Assembly (NCBI RefSeq): GCF_055900595.2
Contig: NZ_CM148325.1
Strand: one strand, 5' to 3'
DNA: 64,000 nt
Position numbers and translations under genes: made by a program. Positions 15,347 through 26,514 of this stretch are shown piece by piece. Under the pieces are notes generated by a model. That model saw only the letters and a program-made list of their open reading frames with translations, was not told the origin of the DNA and searched no databases. How positions within the stretch are numbered: position 1 is the first letter of the stretch; each line of letters begins with the position of its first letter.

Positions 15347-17977
15347 ATGAGCAAGAGCACCGCTGAGATCCGTCAGGCGTTTCTCGACTTTTTCCATAGT
15401 AAGGGACATCAGGTAGTTGCCAGCAGCTCCCTGGTACCCCATAACGACCCAACTTTGTTGTTTACCAACGCCGGGATGAACCAGTTCAAGGATGTGTTCC
15501 TTGGGCTCGACAAGCGTAATTATTCCCGCGCTACCACTTCCCAACGCTGCGTGCGTGCGGGTGGTAAACACAACGACCTGGAAAACGTCGGTTACACCGC
15601 GCGTCACCATACCTTCTTCGAAATGCTGGGCAACTTCAGCTTCGGCGACTATTTCAAACACGATGCTATTCAGTTTGCATGGGAACTGCTGACCAGCGAA
15701 AAATGGTTTGCCCTGCCGAAAGAGCGTCTGTGGGTTACCGTCTATGAAAGCGACGACGAAGCCTACGAAATCTGGGAAAAAGAAGTAGGGATCCCGCGCG
15801 AACGTATTATTCGCATCGGCGATAACAAAGGTGCGCCATACGCATCTGACAACTTCTGGCAGATGGGTGACACTGGTCCGTGTGGCCCGTGCACCGAAAT
15901 CTTCTACGATCACGGCGACCACATTTGGGGTGGCCCTCCGGGAAGTCCGGAAGAAGACGGCGATCGCTACATTGAGATCTGGAACATCGTCTTCATGCAG
16001 TTCAACCGCCAGGCCGATGGCACGATGGAACCGCTGCCGAAGCCGTCTGTAGATACCGGTATGGGTCTGGAGCGTATTGCTGCGGTGCTGCAACACGTTA
16101 ACTCTAACTATGACATTGACCTGTTCCGCACGCTGATCCAGGCAGTAGCGAAAGTCACTGGCGCGACCGATCTGAGCAATAAATCACTGCGCGTAATCGC
16201 TGACCACATTCGTTCTTGTGCGTTCCTGATCGCGGATGGCGTAATGCCGTCCAACGAAAACCGTGGTTATGTACTGCGTCGTATCATTCGTCGCGCAGTG
16301 CGTCACGGCAATATGCTCGGCGCGAAAGAAACCTTCTTCTACAAACTGGTTGGTCCGCTGATCGACGTTATGGGATCTGCAGGTGAAGACCTGAAACGCC
16401 AGCAGGCGCAGGTTGAGCAGGTGCTGAAGACTGAAGAAGAGCAGTTTGCCCGCACGCTGGAACGCGGTCTGGCGCTGCTGGACGAAGAGCTGGCGAAACT
16501 TTCTGGCGATACGCTGGATGGCGAAACTGCTTTCCGTCTGTACGACACCTACGGTTTCCCGGTTGACCTGACGGCTGATGTTTGTCGTGAACGCAACATC
16601 AAAGTTGACGAAGCTGGTTTTGAAGCAGCAATGGAAGAGCAGCGTCGTCGTGCGCGCGAAGCCAGCGGCTTTGGTGCCGATTACAACGCAATGATCCGTG
16701 TTGACAGTGCATCTGAATTTAAAGGCTATGACCATCTGGAACTGAACGGCAAAGTGACTGCGCTGTTTGTTGATGGTAAAGCGGTTGATGCCATCAATGC
16801 AGGCCAGGAAGCTGTGGTCGTGCTGGATCAAACGCCATTCTATGCGGAATCTGGCGGTCAGGTTGGCGATAAAGGTGAACTGAAAGGCGCTAACTTCTCC
16901 TTTGCGGTGGAAGATACGCAGAAATACGGCCAGGCGATTGGTCATATCGGTAAACTTGCTGCGGGTTCTCTGAAAGTGGGCGACGCGGTGCAGGCTGATG
17001 TTGATGAGGCTCGTCGCTCTCGTATTCGTCTGAATCACTCCGCAACGCACCTGATGCACGCTGCGCTGCGCCAGGTTTTGGGTACTCATGTATCGCAGAA
17101 AGGTTCACTGGTTAACGACAAAGTGCTGCGCTTCGACTTCTCACACAACGAAGCGATGAAACCAGAAGAGATTCGTGCGGTTGAAGACCTGGTGAACGCG
17201 CAGATTCGCCGTAACTTGCCGATCGAAACCAACATCATGGATCTCGAAGCGGCGAAAGCGAAAGGTGCGATGGCGCTGTTTGGCGAGAAGTATGATGAGC
17301 GCGTACGCGTGCTGAGCATGGGCGATTTCTCCACCGAGCTGTGTGGCGGTACTCACGCCAGCCGCACCGGTGATATTGGTCTGTTCCGCATCATCTCTGA
17401 ATCGGGTACTGCTGCAGGCGTTCGTCGTATCGAAGCGGTAACCGGAGAAGGCGCTATCGCCACCGTTCATGCAGACAGCGATCGCTTAAGCGAAGTCGCA
17501 CATCTGTTGAAAGGCGATAGCAATAATCTGGCTGATAAAGTGCGCTCAGTACTGGAACGTACGCGTCAGCTGGAAAAAGAGTTACAACAGCTTAAAGAAC
17601 AAGCTGCCGCACAGGAGAGCGCAAATCTTTCCAGTAAGGCAATTGATGTTAATGGTGTTAAGCTGTTGGTTAGCGAGCTTAGCGGTGTTGAGCCGAAAAT
17701 GTTGCGTACCATGGTTGACGATTTAAAAAATCAGCTGGGGTCGACAATTATCGTGCTGGCAACGGTAGCCGAAGGTAAGGTTTCTCTGATTGCAGGCGTA
17801 TCTAAGGACGTCACAGATCGTGTGAAAGCAGGGGAACTGATTGGTATGGTCGCTCAGCAGGTGGGCGGCAAGGGTGGTGGACGTCCTGACATGGCGCAAG
17901 CCGGTGGTACGGATGCTGCGGCCTTACCTGCAGCGTTAGCCAGTGTGAAAGGCTGGGTCAGCGCGAAATTGCAATAA
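15347..17977 (+). CDS. alaS: Alanine--tRNA ligase
   Basis: 876 aa class II aaRS. Confidence 0.97.
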   Translation: MSKSTAEIRQAFLDFFHSKGHQVVASSSLVPHNDPTLLFTNAGMNQFKDVFLGLDKRNYSRATTSQRCVRAGGKHNDLENVGYTARHHTFFEMLGNFSFGDYFKHDAIQFAWELLTSEKWFALPKERLWVTVYESDDEAYEIWEKEVGIPRERIIRIGDNKGAPYASDNFWQMGDTGPCGPCTEIFYDHGDHIWGGPPGSPEEDGDRYIEIWNIVFMQFNRQADGTMEPLPKPSVDTGMGLERIAAVLQHVNSNYDIDLFRTLIQAVAKVTGATDLSNKSLRVIADHIRSCAFLIADGVMPSNENRGYVLRRIIRRAVRHGNMLGAKETFFYKLVGPLIDVMGSAGEDLKRQQAQVEQVLKTEEEQFARTLERGLALLDEELAKLSGDTLDGETAFRLYDTYGFPVDLTADVCRERNIKVDEAGFEAAMEEQRRRAREASGFGADYNAMIRVDSASEFKGYDHLELNGKVTALFVDGKAVDAINAGQEAVVVLDQTPFYAESGGQVGDKGELKGANFSFAVEDTQKYGQAIGHIGKLAAGSLKVGDAVQADVDEARRSRIRLNHSATHLMHAALRQVLGTHVSQKGSLVNDKVLRFDFSHNEAMKPEEIRAVEDLVNAQIRRNLPIETNIMDLEAAKAKGAMALFGEKYDERVRVLSMGDFSTELCGGTHASRTGDIGLFRIISESGTAAGVRRIEAVTGEGAIATVHADSDRLSEVAHLLKGDSNNLADKVRSVLERTRQLEKELQQLKEQAAAQESANLSSKAIDVNGVKLLVSELSGVEPKMLRTMVDDLKNQLGSTIIVLATVAEGKVSLIAGVSKDVTDRVKAGELIGMVAQQVGGKGGGRPDMAQAGGTDAAALPAALASVKGWVSAKLQ

Positions 17978-18211
17978 TATAAGCGTCAGGCAATGCCGTG
18001 GACTCGCTTCACGGCATTCGCATTAACGCTATCGACAACGATAAAGTCAGGTTGAAGTTGTGTATATCGGCTAAACTTAGGTTTAACAGAATGTAATGCC
18101 ATGACTGCTTACATGTAATGTGTTTGTCATTGCTTACTTTTTGGCGTTATATGATGGATAATGCCGGGATACAGAGAGACCCGACTCTTTTAATCTTTCA
18201 AGGAGCAAAGA

Positions 18212-18397
18212 ATGCTGATTCTGACTCGTCGAGTTGGTGAGACCCTCATGATTGGGGATGAGGTCACCGTGACAGTTTTAGGGGTAAAGGGCAACCAGGT
18301 ACGTATTGGCGTAAATGCCCCGAAGGAAGTTTCTGTTCACCGTGAAGAGATCTACCAGCGTATCCAGGCTGAAAAATCCCAGCAGTCCAGTTACTAA
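18212..18397 (+). CDS. csrA: Carbon storage regulator CsrA
   Basis: 61 aa [48 protein letters not shown]. Confidence 0.98.
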
Positions 18398-18711
18398 TCT
18401 TTCCGCGTCTCATCTTTATCGGTGAGACGCACCCTCAAAATTCCTCCTTCACTCCATTTCTTTTCGCGTTATTCCCGTTCATTCAACTTAAGTCTCCATT
18501 TTTTTGCATTACTGCTATCTGTCAGACCTCCGTTTTTCTGTTGATAAAACACTCTTTTTGACGTTTTTACAGACTAATTGAGCGTGAAGTGTGCAAACGA
18601 TAAAAGTGTGGGAAAAATTGTTTGACTTATAAGTCTCAGAAAGTAATATGTGCGCCACGCAGCGACGATGAGCGATAAACAAGTTCTTCGAAGCACTCGT
18701 AAGAGGCGTGT

Positions 18712-18804
18712 GGTGAGGTGGCCGAGAGGCTGAAGGCGCTCCCCTGCTAAGGGAGTATGCGGTCAAAAGCTGCATCCGGGGTTCGAATCCCCGCCTCACC
18801 GCCA
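18712..18804 (+). tRNA. serV: tRNA-Ser (GCT anticodon)
   Basis: 93-nt class II tRNA with long variable arm, GGTGAGGTGGCCGAGAGG...CGCCTCACCGCCA. Confidence 0.9.
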
Positions 18805-18807
18805 TTT

Positions 18808-18884
18808 GCATCCGTAGCTCAGCTGGATAGAGTACTCGGCTACGAACCGAGCGGTCGGAGGTTCGAATCCTCCCGGATGCACCA
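18808..18884 (+). tRNA. tRNA-Arg (ACG anticodon), copy 1
   Basis: 77-nt GCATCCGTAGCTCAGCTGGATAGAGTACTCGGCTACGAACCGAGCGGTCGGAGGTTCGAATCCTCCCGGATGCACCA. Confidence 0.92.
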
Positions 18885-18946
18885 TATTCTACGAAATCTT
18901 CAGCAATGAAGGTGTCGAAGAGGTGGCGGTACTAACCGCAAGCACC

Positions 18947-19019
18947 AGGGAGGATAACGTTGCTTTAGCAACGGCCCGAAGGGCGAGCCGTAAGGCGAGT
19001 AATCCTCCCGGATGCACCA
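18947..19019 (+). other. tRNA-Arg 3'-end remnant (aatcctcccggatgcacca) embedded in a 73-nt insert with internal inverted repeat (gggagga...tcctccc)
   Basis: 19-nt exact copy of tRNA-Arg T-arm/acceptor 3' end without a 5' half, seen directly in spacer after copy 1. Confidence 0.6.
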
Positions 19020-19083
19020 TCTCTTACTTGATACGGCTTTAGTAGCGGTATCAAAAAATCTGCAGTAAAGTAAGTTTCCCGAT

Positions 19084-19160
19084 GCATCCGTAGCTCAGCT
19101 GGATAGAGTACTCGGCTACGAACCGAGCGGTCGGAGGTTCGAATCCTCCCGGATGCACCA
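19084..19160 (+). tRNA. tRNA-Arg (ACG anticodon), copy 2
   Basis: Identical 77-nt sequence. Confidence 0.92.
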
Positions 19161-19262
19161 TATTCTCCGTAATCATCAGTGATGATGGTTAAGATGGATT
19201 TTCTTATTTGATATGGCTTTAGTAGCGGTATCAATATCAGCAGTAAAATAAGTTTTCCCGAT

Positions 19263-19339
19263 GCATCCGTAGCTCAGCTGGATAGAGTACTCGGCTACGA
19301 ACCGAGCGGTCGGAGGTTCGAATCCTCCCGGATGCACCA
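19263..19339 (+). tRNA. tRNA-Arg (ACG anticodon), copy 3
   Basis: Identical 77-nt sequence. Confidence 0.92.
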
Positions 19340-19549
19340 TATTCTCCGTAACCTTCAGCAATGAACGTATCGAAGAGGTAGCGGTACTAACCGCAGGCAC
19401 CATCTCCTCCAAAAAATCCCCTTCAAAAATATTTCATTTCTAAATAACTATTTTATCCATTTCCTGAATATTCTTCTCCTTCGCCATCAGCGACAAAATC
19501 AAGCAATTACGCTAAAGTAGCGTCATATTTTTCGACTTGCGAGAAGACC

Positions 19550-20116
19550 ATGTACGAGCGTTATGCAGGTTTAATTTTTGATATGGATGGCACAATCCTG
19601 GATACGGAGCCTACGCACCGTAAAGCGTGGCGCGAAGTATTAGGGCACTACGGTCTTCAGTACGATGTTCAGTCGATGATTGCGCTTAATGGCTCGCCCA
19701 CGTGGCGCATTGCTCAGGCGATTATTGAACTGAATCAGGCCGATCTCGACCCGCATGCGCTGGCGCGTGAAAAAACAGAAGCAGTCAGAAGCATGTTACT
19801 CGATAGCGTCGAACCACTCCCCCTTGTTGAAGTGGTGAAAAGCTGGCACGGACGTCGACCAATGGCTGTAGGAACGGGGAGTGAAAGCGCCATCGCTGAG
19901 GCACTGCTAACGCACCTGGGATTACGCCGTTATTTTGACGCCGTCGTTGCTGCCGATCACGTCAAACATCATAAACCTGCGCCAGACACATTTTTGTTGT
20001 GCGCGCAGCGTATGGGCGTGCAACCAACGCAGTGTGTGGTCTTTGAAGATGCTGATTTCGGTATTCAGGCGGCCCGTGCTGCAGGCATGGACGCTGTGGA
20101 TGTTCGCTTGCTGTGA
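19550..20116 (+). CDS. yqaB: HAD-superfamily phosphatase (fructose-1-P/6-phosphogluconate phosphatase YqaB)
   Basis: 188 aa, HAD motif I DMDGT near N-terminus. Confidence 0.88.
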   Translation: MYERYAGLIFDMDGTILDTEPTHRKAWREVLGHYGLQYDVQSMIALNGSPTWRIAQAIIELNQADLDPHALAREKTEAVRSMLLDSVEPLPLVEVVKSWHGRRPMAVGTGSESAIAEALLTHLGLRRYFDAVVAADHVKHHKPAPDTFLLCAQRMGVQPTQCVVFEDADFGIQAARAAGMDAVDVRLL

Positions 20117-20541
20117 GTGAAGCTTTATCGCTTTTCTCGTTGTTTGCCAGTAGTTTCCTCAGCGCTACACTATTACCCGGTAATTCCGAAGTCGTGCTGG
20201 TTGCAATGTTGCTTTCCGGGGTAAGTCATCCCTAGGTTTTAGTGTTAACAGCAATAATGGGTAATAGCCTTGGAGGGTTAACTAACGTTATTCTTGGGCG
20301 TTTCTTTCCATTGCGTAAAACATCGCGCTGGCAAGAGAAAGCTACTGGTTGGCTGAAACGCTATGGTGCAGTCACGCTATTATTAAGCTGGATGCCCGTG
20401 GTTGGCGATTTACTGTGTCTGTTAGCGGGATGGATGCGCATCTCCTGGGGGCCAGTAATCTTTTTTTTGTGTCTTGGTAAAGCGTTACGTTATGTTGCAG
20501 TTGCAGCAGCGACCGTTCAGGGCATGATATGGTGGCACTAA
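20113..20541 (+). pseudogene. yqaA: DedA-family inner membrane protein YqaA interrupted by in-frame TAG at 20233-20235
   Basis: GTG 20113 opens frame encoding MSEALSLFSLFASSFLSATLLPGNSEVVLVAMLLSGVSHP then TAG; same frame continues as track ORF 20242-20541. Confidence 0.6.
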
Positions 20542-20586
20542 TTGTAGGCCTGCACACATGGTCACCATTACAGTTATGCTAATTAA

Positions 20587-22170
<1,584 letters not shown>

Positions 22171-22178
22171 CAGAAAAG

Positions 22179-22251
22179 AAAAAGGCCACTCGTGAGTGGC
22201 CAAAATTTCATCTCTGAATTCAGGGATGATGATAACAAATGCGCGTCTTTC
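22179..22251 (-). ncRNA. micA: sRNA MicA (SraD)
   Basis: Minus strand reads GAAAGACGCGCATTTGTTATCATCATCCCTGAATTCAGAGATGAAATTTTGGCCACTCACGAGTGGCCTTTTT; terminator hairpin plus T-run; convergent with gshA 3' end. Confidence 0.88.
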
Positions 22252-22319
22252 ATATACTCAGACTCGCCTGGGAAGAAAGAGTTCAGAAAATTTTTAAAAA
22301 AATTACCGGAGGTGGCTAA

Positions 22320-22835
22320 ATGCCGTTGTTAGATAGCTTCACAGTCGATCATACCCGGATGGAAGCGCCTGCAGTTCGGGTGGCGAAAACAATGAACACC
22401 CCGCATGGCGACGCAATCATCGTGTTCGATCTGCGCTTCTGCGTGCCGAACAAAGAAGTGATGCCAGAAAGAGGGATCCATACCCTGGAGCACCTGTTTG
22501 CTGGTTTTATGCGTAACCATCTTAACGGTAATGGCGTAGAGATTATCGATATCTCGCCAATGGGCTGCCGCACCGGTTTTTATATGAGTCTGATTGGTAC
22601 GCCAGATGAGCAGCGTGTCGCTAATGCCTGGAAAGCGGCAATGGAAGACGTGCTGAAAGTGCAGGATCAGAATCAGATCCCGGAACTGAACGTCTACCAG
22701 TGTGGCACTTACCAGATGCATTCGTTGCAGGAAGCGCAGGATATTGCGCGTAGCATTCTGGAGCGCGATGTACGCATTAACAGTAATGAAGAACTGGCAC
22801 TGCCAAAAGAGAAGTTGCAGGAATTGCACATCTAG
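22320..22835 (+). CDS. luxS: S-ribosylhomocysteine lyase (AI-2 synthase)
   Basis: 171 aa with HTLEH metal motif. Confidence 0.96.
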   Translation: MPLLDSFTVDHTRMEAPAVRVAKTMNTPHGDAIIVFDLRFCVPNKEVMPERGIHTLEHLFAGFMRNHLNGNGVEIIDISPMGCRTGFYMSLIGTPDEQRVANAWKAAMEDVLKVQDQNQIPELNVYQCGTYQMHSLQEAQDIARSILERDVRINSNEELALPKEKLQELHI

Positions 22836-22853
22836 TCAGTTTAAGCAGAAGAG

Positions 22854-22887
22854 GCCGGGCTGGTGAAATCACCGCCCGGCTTTTATT
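22854..22887 (+). terminator. Rho-independent terminator after luxS (possibly bidirectional)
   Basis: ggccgggctggtgaaatcaccgcccggc hairpin followed by ttttatt; overlaps stop of convergent HD-kinase gene. Confidence 0.7.
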
Positions 22888-23998
22888 ACCTGTCAGTCAC
22901 CCGATATTCCACGCTATGTGCTTCATCAGGTTGAGGAACTTCCAGCCTTGAGGCCATCCGCATCACGACCGCTTCAGGAACGGCATACTCGCGCCTGGCA
23001 TTTTGCTGCTTCCATTGCGCCCACGGTACTTCCAGATAAACGATTTTTACTCGTGCACCGTAAGCCGTAAATAGACTGATGAGCTGGCTACGCAACTGGC
23101 GGGTAATGTTCGTTGCATTCCAGATGAACGGCTTCTTCTGGCGTAAAAAAACGCGCGCTTCTTCTTTTGCCTGTTGCACAATACGCCCGGTGGCGGTTTT
23201 GTCGTCCGGACTGGCATTGATTCGCCGCCGCATATCATCAAGGCTGATAACGTTCACTCTCTGGCACTGTTCACTGATAAAGCGATCTTTGCCCATACCC
23301 GGTAAACCACACAGCAAAATAACCTCAAAAGATTCAGCCTCCCAGGGAACAAAATCAGGAGAACTTTGTTCATGGGTCAGGTAATGCCAGCGTGCGGAAT
23401 CCGAAGCGAATGAACGCACTTTTCCCCAGCATTGTTGCTCCTGGCAAAATAGCTCGAACAGATCGATGCGTTCCAGCATTGATTGCTGATCATGACAATG
23501 GCGACCAAGCAGATCGGCACGAGCAAGCAAAGCGAGCAGACGTGTGTCGATACGCATTGCAGCCGTGAGCAGCAAACGCTCCGGTTCCGGACGTTCCAGT
23601 AACCATAGCGGTAACCCATGCAGACGCACCAGTGCAACAATTTGCTCGCGTAGCACGAACGGCGTCGGGATATCGCGCCATAAAATTTGTCGGGCCGTCA
23701 ATTCCCCCCGACGAGCATGACCAGGGGACTGAATACGTCCGTTTTCCTGCACGGTAGTACTGCGCTTTTCAACGTCATGCAATAACGCCGCCGCCCATAA
23801 AATTTCCTGCTGCTGAGCGGGGAGTTGCTGAAACTCAGCCATCGCAACGAGTGCGTTCAGCACCATTTCAGTATGCACACCAACGTCGCCTTCACCATGA
23901 TGCTCCGGGTCTTGCGGCGTGTTATGCATATCCTCAACCCAGCTAAAACGCTGGCGTAGCGTCGACCAGCGTTTGTCGTCGGTAAGTTGCCAAATCAT
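22886..23998 (-). CDS. HD-domain phosphohydrolase fused to P-loop polynucleotide-kinase-like domain (candidate RNA end-healing enzyme)
   Basis: 370 aa; N-terminal H...HD motifs ([24 protein letters not shown]); C-terminal Walker A ([13 protein letters not shown]); start overlaps upstream ligase stop (ATGA). Confidence 0.6.
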   Translation of the reverse strand: MIWQLTDDKRWSTLRQRFSWVEDMHNTPQDPEHHGEGDVGVHTEMVLNALVAMAEFQQLPAQQQEILWAAALLHDVEKRSTTVQENGRIQSPGHARRGELTARQILWRDIPTPFVLREQIVALVRLHGLPLWLLERPEPERLLLTAAMRIDTRLLALLARADLLGRHCHDQQSMLERIDLFELFCQEQQCWGKVRSFASDSARWHYLTHEQSSPDFVPWEAESFEVILLCGLPGMGKDRFISEQCQRVNVISLDDMRRRINASPDDKTATGRIVQQAKEEARVFLRQKKPFIWNATNITRQLRSQLISLFTAYGARVKIVYLEVPWAQWKQQNARREYAVPEAVVMRMASRLEVPQPDEAHSVEYRVTDR

Positions 23999-24702
23999 GA
24001 CTGTTCTCCATAAGCGAACTCATGGGCCATCCGCGCCCGTCGCCAGTGGCGTTTCCAGTGCTCGGTGGTTTTGACATGATTTTTGCGCACATACTTGAAG
24101 ACGTTATGCGAAAAGTCAGCGACGGAAAACGCATCACGATTCCGGCTGACAATGCCTTCCAGCGTACAGGGTTGCCCGGTTTGTGTATCCCAGGGATCGA
24201 ACGCGCCGCGCGCATTGGTCAGCGCCAGAAAATCACGTTGCCAGCTTTTTTCATCATTCCCCGGCTGCGGGCCGGAGATTTCGGGAACGCAGGGGAAATC
24301 AAACAGAGCGGCGTAAAACTGCACCTCTTCCCAGCTCAGCCACATATCCTGGCAGCGAACGGCAAACAGGTAAAAGTCCTGTTCCAGGGCGCGGTATTCA
24401 ATGGAATGAACGGCGTAGAGATTTTCACCAAACAGTTCCAGATCGCCGAGATCGTTTTTCAGCAGTTGCCAACGCTGGCGAATTTTATAAGTCCATGCCG
24501 ACTGCGTAGGCGCAGCATGGGAACGGGCAAACACGCCGTAGCGGTTAAGGCAGTTATTTTCGCCGTCGAGTTTTTCTGTATGCACCAATTGCGTGATGGC
24601 CTGTAAATCCTGCCAGTAATCGGCATTAATACGGTCATCGCTGGTGGTGCCAGGGGAGAAAGGATAATGCCAGGTTCTCCCGTATTTCCGTTGGGTATTC
24701 AT
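23995..24702 (-). CDS. Minimal Rnl-type RNA ligase (nucleotidyltransferase domain only; candidate RNA sealing enzyme)
   Basis: 235 aa; motif I KxDGxN (EKLDGEN), motif III-like LFGENLY, motif IV EGIVSR, motif V FKYVRKNH in canonical order. Confidence 0.6.
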   Translation of the reverse strand: MNTQRKYGRTWHYPFSPGTTSDDRINADYWQDLQAITQLVHTEKLDGENNCLNRYGVFARSHAAPTQSAWTYKIRQRWQLLKNDLGDLELFGENLYAVHSIEYRALEQDFYLFAVRCQDMWLSWEEVQFYAALFDFPCVPEISGPQPGNDEKSWQRDFLALTNARGAFDPWDTQTGQPCTLEGIVSRNRDAFSVADFSHNVFKYVRKNHVKTTEHWKRHWRRARMAHEFAYGEQS

Positions 24703-24923
24703 AATAATCCATTATTTTGTGTGTAATAAATGTACGCCCGCGAGGGTGCGAGTTATGGGGTTAAAAGAAAAATGTGAGTATCACCCGCGAAAGCGAGGGC
24801 GAAGGAAAAAGAGAATTAACAACCTGAGCGAATGCTCAGAACCGGTTAATGGTGAATGGAAGAGTTTGGGGCGGCGAAAAGATACACCGTTTGAGATGAT
24901 AAAACAACCGTTTACAGAATGAG

Positions 24924-24950
24924 CAAATAAAAAGGGAGCCGCAGCTCCCT
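24924..24950 (-). terminator. Rho-independent terminator after emrB
   Basis: Minus strand agggagctgcggctccct hairpin followed by ttttattt, placed between emrB stop and ligase gene. Confidence 0.7.
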
Positions 24951-24959
24951 TTGACAACC

Positions 24960-26498
24960 TTAGTGCGCACCGCCTCCGCCGCCACCTGCGCCAAATGGCG
25001 GTTTAGCAAACCACACCAGCCCCAGCAGGACGAGGAATATCCCGGCTGACATCCAGAAGATCTCATTGGCGGAAATAATCAGCCCCTGATTGGTGATCTG
25101 CTGGGCAATCCAGCCTGATGCCTGTTGTTGCGTCATCCCCAGCCCTTCCAGTTGGCTGTACATCGCCTGAGCGTTCGGGTTAAACGGGTTTACCGACTCG
25201 GTTAACTGTGCGTGGTGCATCGACTCGCGGTTAGTCCACATGGTGGTGGTGATGGATGTGCCGATAGACCCCGCCAGCGTTCGCGTAAAGTTAGAGAGGC
25301 TCGATGCCGCCGCCAGTCGTTCCGGTGGCAAACCAGACAGCGTAATGGTGGTCAGCGGCATAAAGAAGCAGGCCACTGCGAAGCCCTGGATAAACTGCGG
25401 CCAGGCCGACGCACCAAAATCCATACCCGGTTCAAAGGTATAGGCACGCCAGTAGAAGCAGACGGCATACATAATAAAGCTGAAGGTTACCAGCCGCCGC
25501 ATATCCAGTTTATGCGCGAAGCGGCCGATAATCGGCGACAGGATCACCGGAATAATCCCTACCGGCGCAGAGGCCAAACCTGCCCAGGTCGCCGTGTAAC
25601 CGTAGACCTCCTGCAACAACTGCGGCAGCAGAACAATCGCGCCGAAGTAGAGCATATACGCGAGGCTGATACACAAGCAGCCGATGGTGAAGTTGCGCGA
25701 CTTAAACAACGACAGATCGACTATCGGGTTATCGTCGGTCAGCTCCCAGACAATCAGGAAGCAGATAGCCACCACCGCCACCACGGTGAGGATGATTATT
25801 TCCTGCGATGAGAACCAGTCCAGCTCTTTACCGCGGTCGAGCATAATCTGCAGGCTGCCGATACCAATCACCAGCAGTGCCAGCCCCACGGCATCAATCC
25901 GCCGCCGTTCGGTGCGGGTTTCGCGTCCGCGCAGGGTTTGCAGTGTCATCAACACCACCGCCACGCCAATCGGCACGTTGATGAAGAATATCCAGCCCCA
26001 GTGGTAATTATCGCTGATATAACCGCCGAGGATCGGGCCGCAAATTGGCGCGACAATCACCGTCATCGACCACAACGCCAGCGCGATCGAGCGTTTGGCT
26101 GGCGGGTAGTTATTCAGCAATAGACTTTGCGAAAGCGGGATCAATGGCCCGGCGACAATCCCCTGAATCACGCGGAAGAAGATCAGCATATTCAGGCTGC
26201 TGGAGACACCACATGCCCACGATGCAATAGCGAAGGCGATGGTCGACCAGAGGAACAGCTTCACTTCCCCAACACGTTTTGCCAGCCAGCCGGTAAGCGG
26301 GATCGAGATGGCATTCGCCACCCCGAAAGAAGTGATTACCCACGTTCCCTGGCTGAGCGATGAGCCCAGATTCCCGGCGATAGTGGGGATCGCCACGTTA
26401 GCAATGGTGGAGTCCAGCACCTGCATGAATGTCGCTAGTGACAGCGCAATCGTCATAATGACCAGTTGCGCGCCTTCCAGCGGTTTTTGCTGTTGCAT
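24960..26498 (-). CDS. emrB: Multidrug efflux MFS permease EmrB
   Basis: Track ORF 515 aa; probable start MQQQKPLEGAQLVIM at 26498; 14-TM MFS. Confidence 0.95.
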   Translation of the reverse strand: MQQQKPLEGAQLVIMTIALSLATFMQVLDSTIANVAIPTIAGNLGSSLSQGTWVITSFGVANAISIPLTGWLAKRVGEVKLFLWSTIAFAIASWACGVSSSLNMLIFFRVIQGIVAGPLIPLSQSLLLNNYPPAKRSIALALWSMTVIVAPICGPILGGYISDNYHWGWIFFINVPIGVAVVLMTLQTLRGRETRTERRRIDAVGLALLVIGIGSLQIMLDRGKELDWFSSQEIIILTVVAVVAICFLIVWELTDDNPIVDLSLFKSRNFTIGCLCISLAYMLYFGAIVLLPQLLQEVYGYTATWAGLASAPVGIIPVILSPIIGRFAHKLDMRRLVTFSFIMYAVCFYWRAYTFEPGMDFGASAWPQFIQGFAVACFFMPLTTITLSGLPPERLAAASSLSNFTRTLAGSIGTSITTTMWTNRESMHHAQLTESVNPFNPNAQAMYSQLEGLGMTQQQASGWIAQQITNQGLIISANEIFWMSAGIFLVLLGLVWFAKPPFGAGGGGGGAH

Positions 26499-26514
26499 TA
26501 CACGCACCTCTGGA

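Noticed and set aside
16184-17089. 301-aa minus-strand ORF
   Set aside because: Lies entirely antisense within alaS; no RBS context or recognisable domain; typical spurious antisense ORF of a GC-rich gene
24022-24606. 194-aa plus-strand ORF opposite the RNA ligase gene
   Set aside because: Fully embedded antisense to the minus-strand ORF that carries coherent ligase motifs; no independent support
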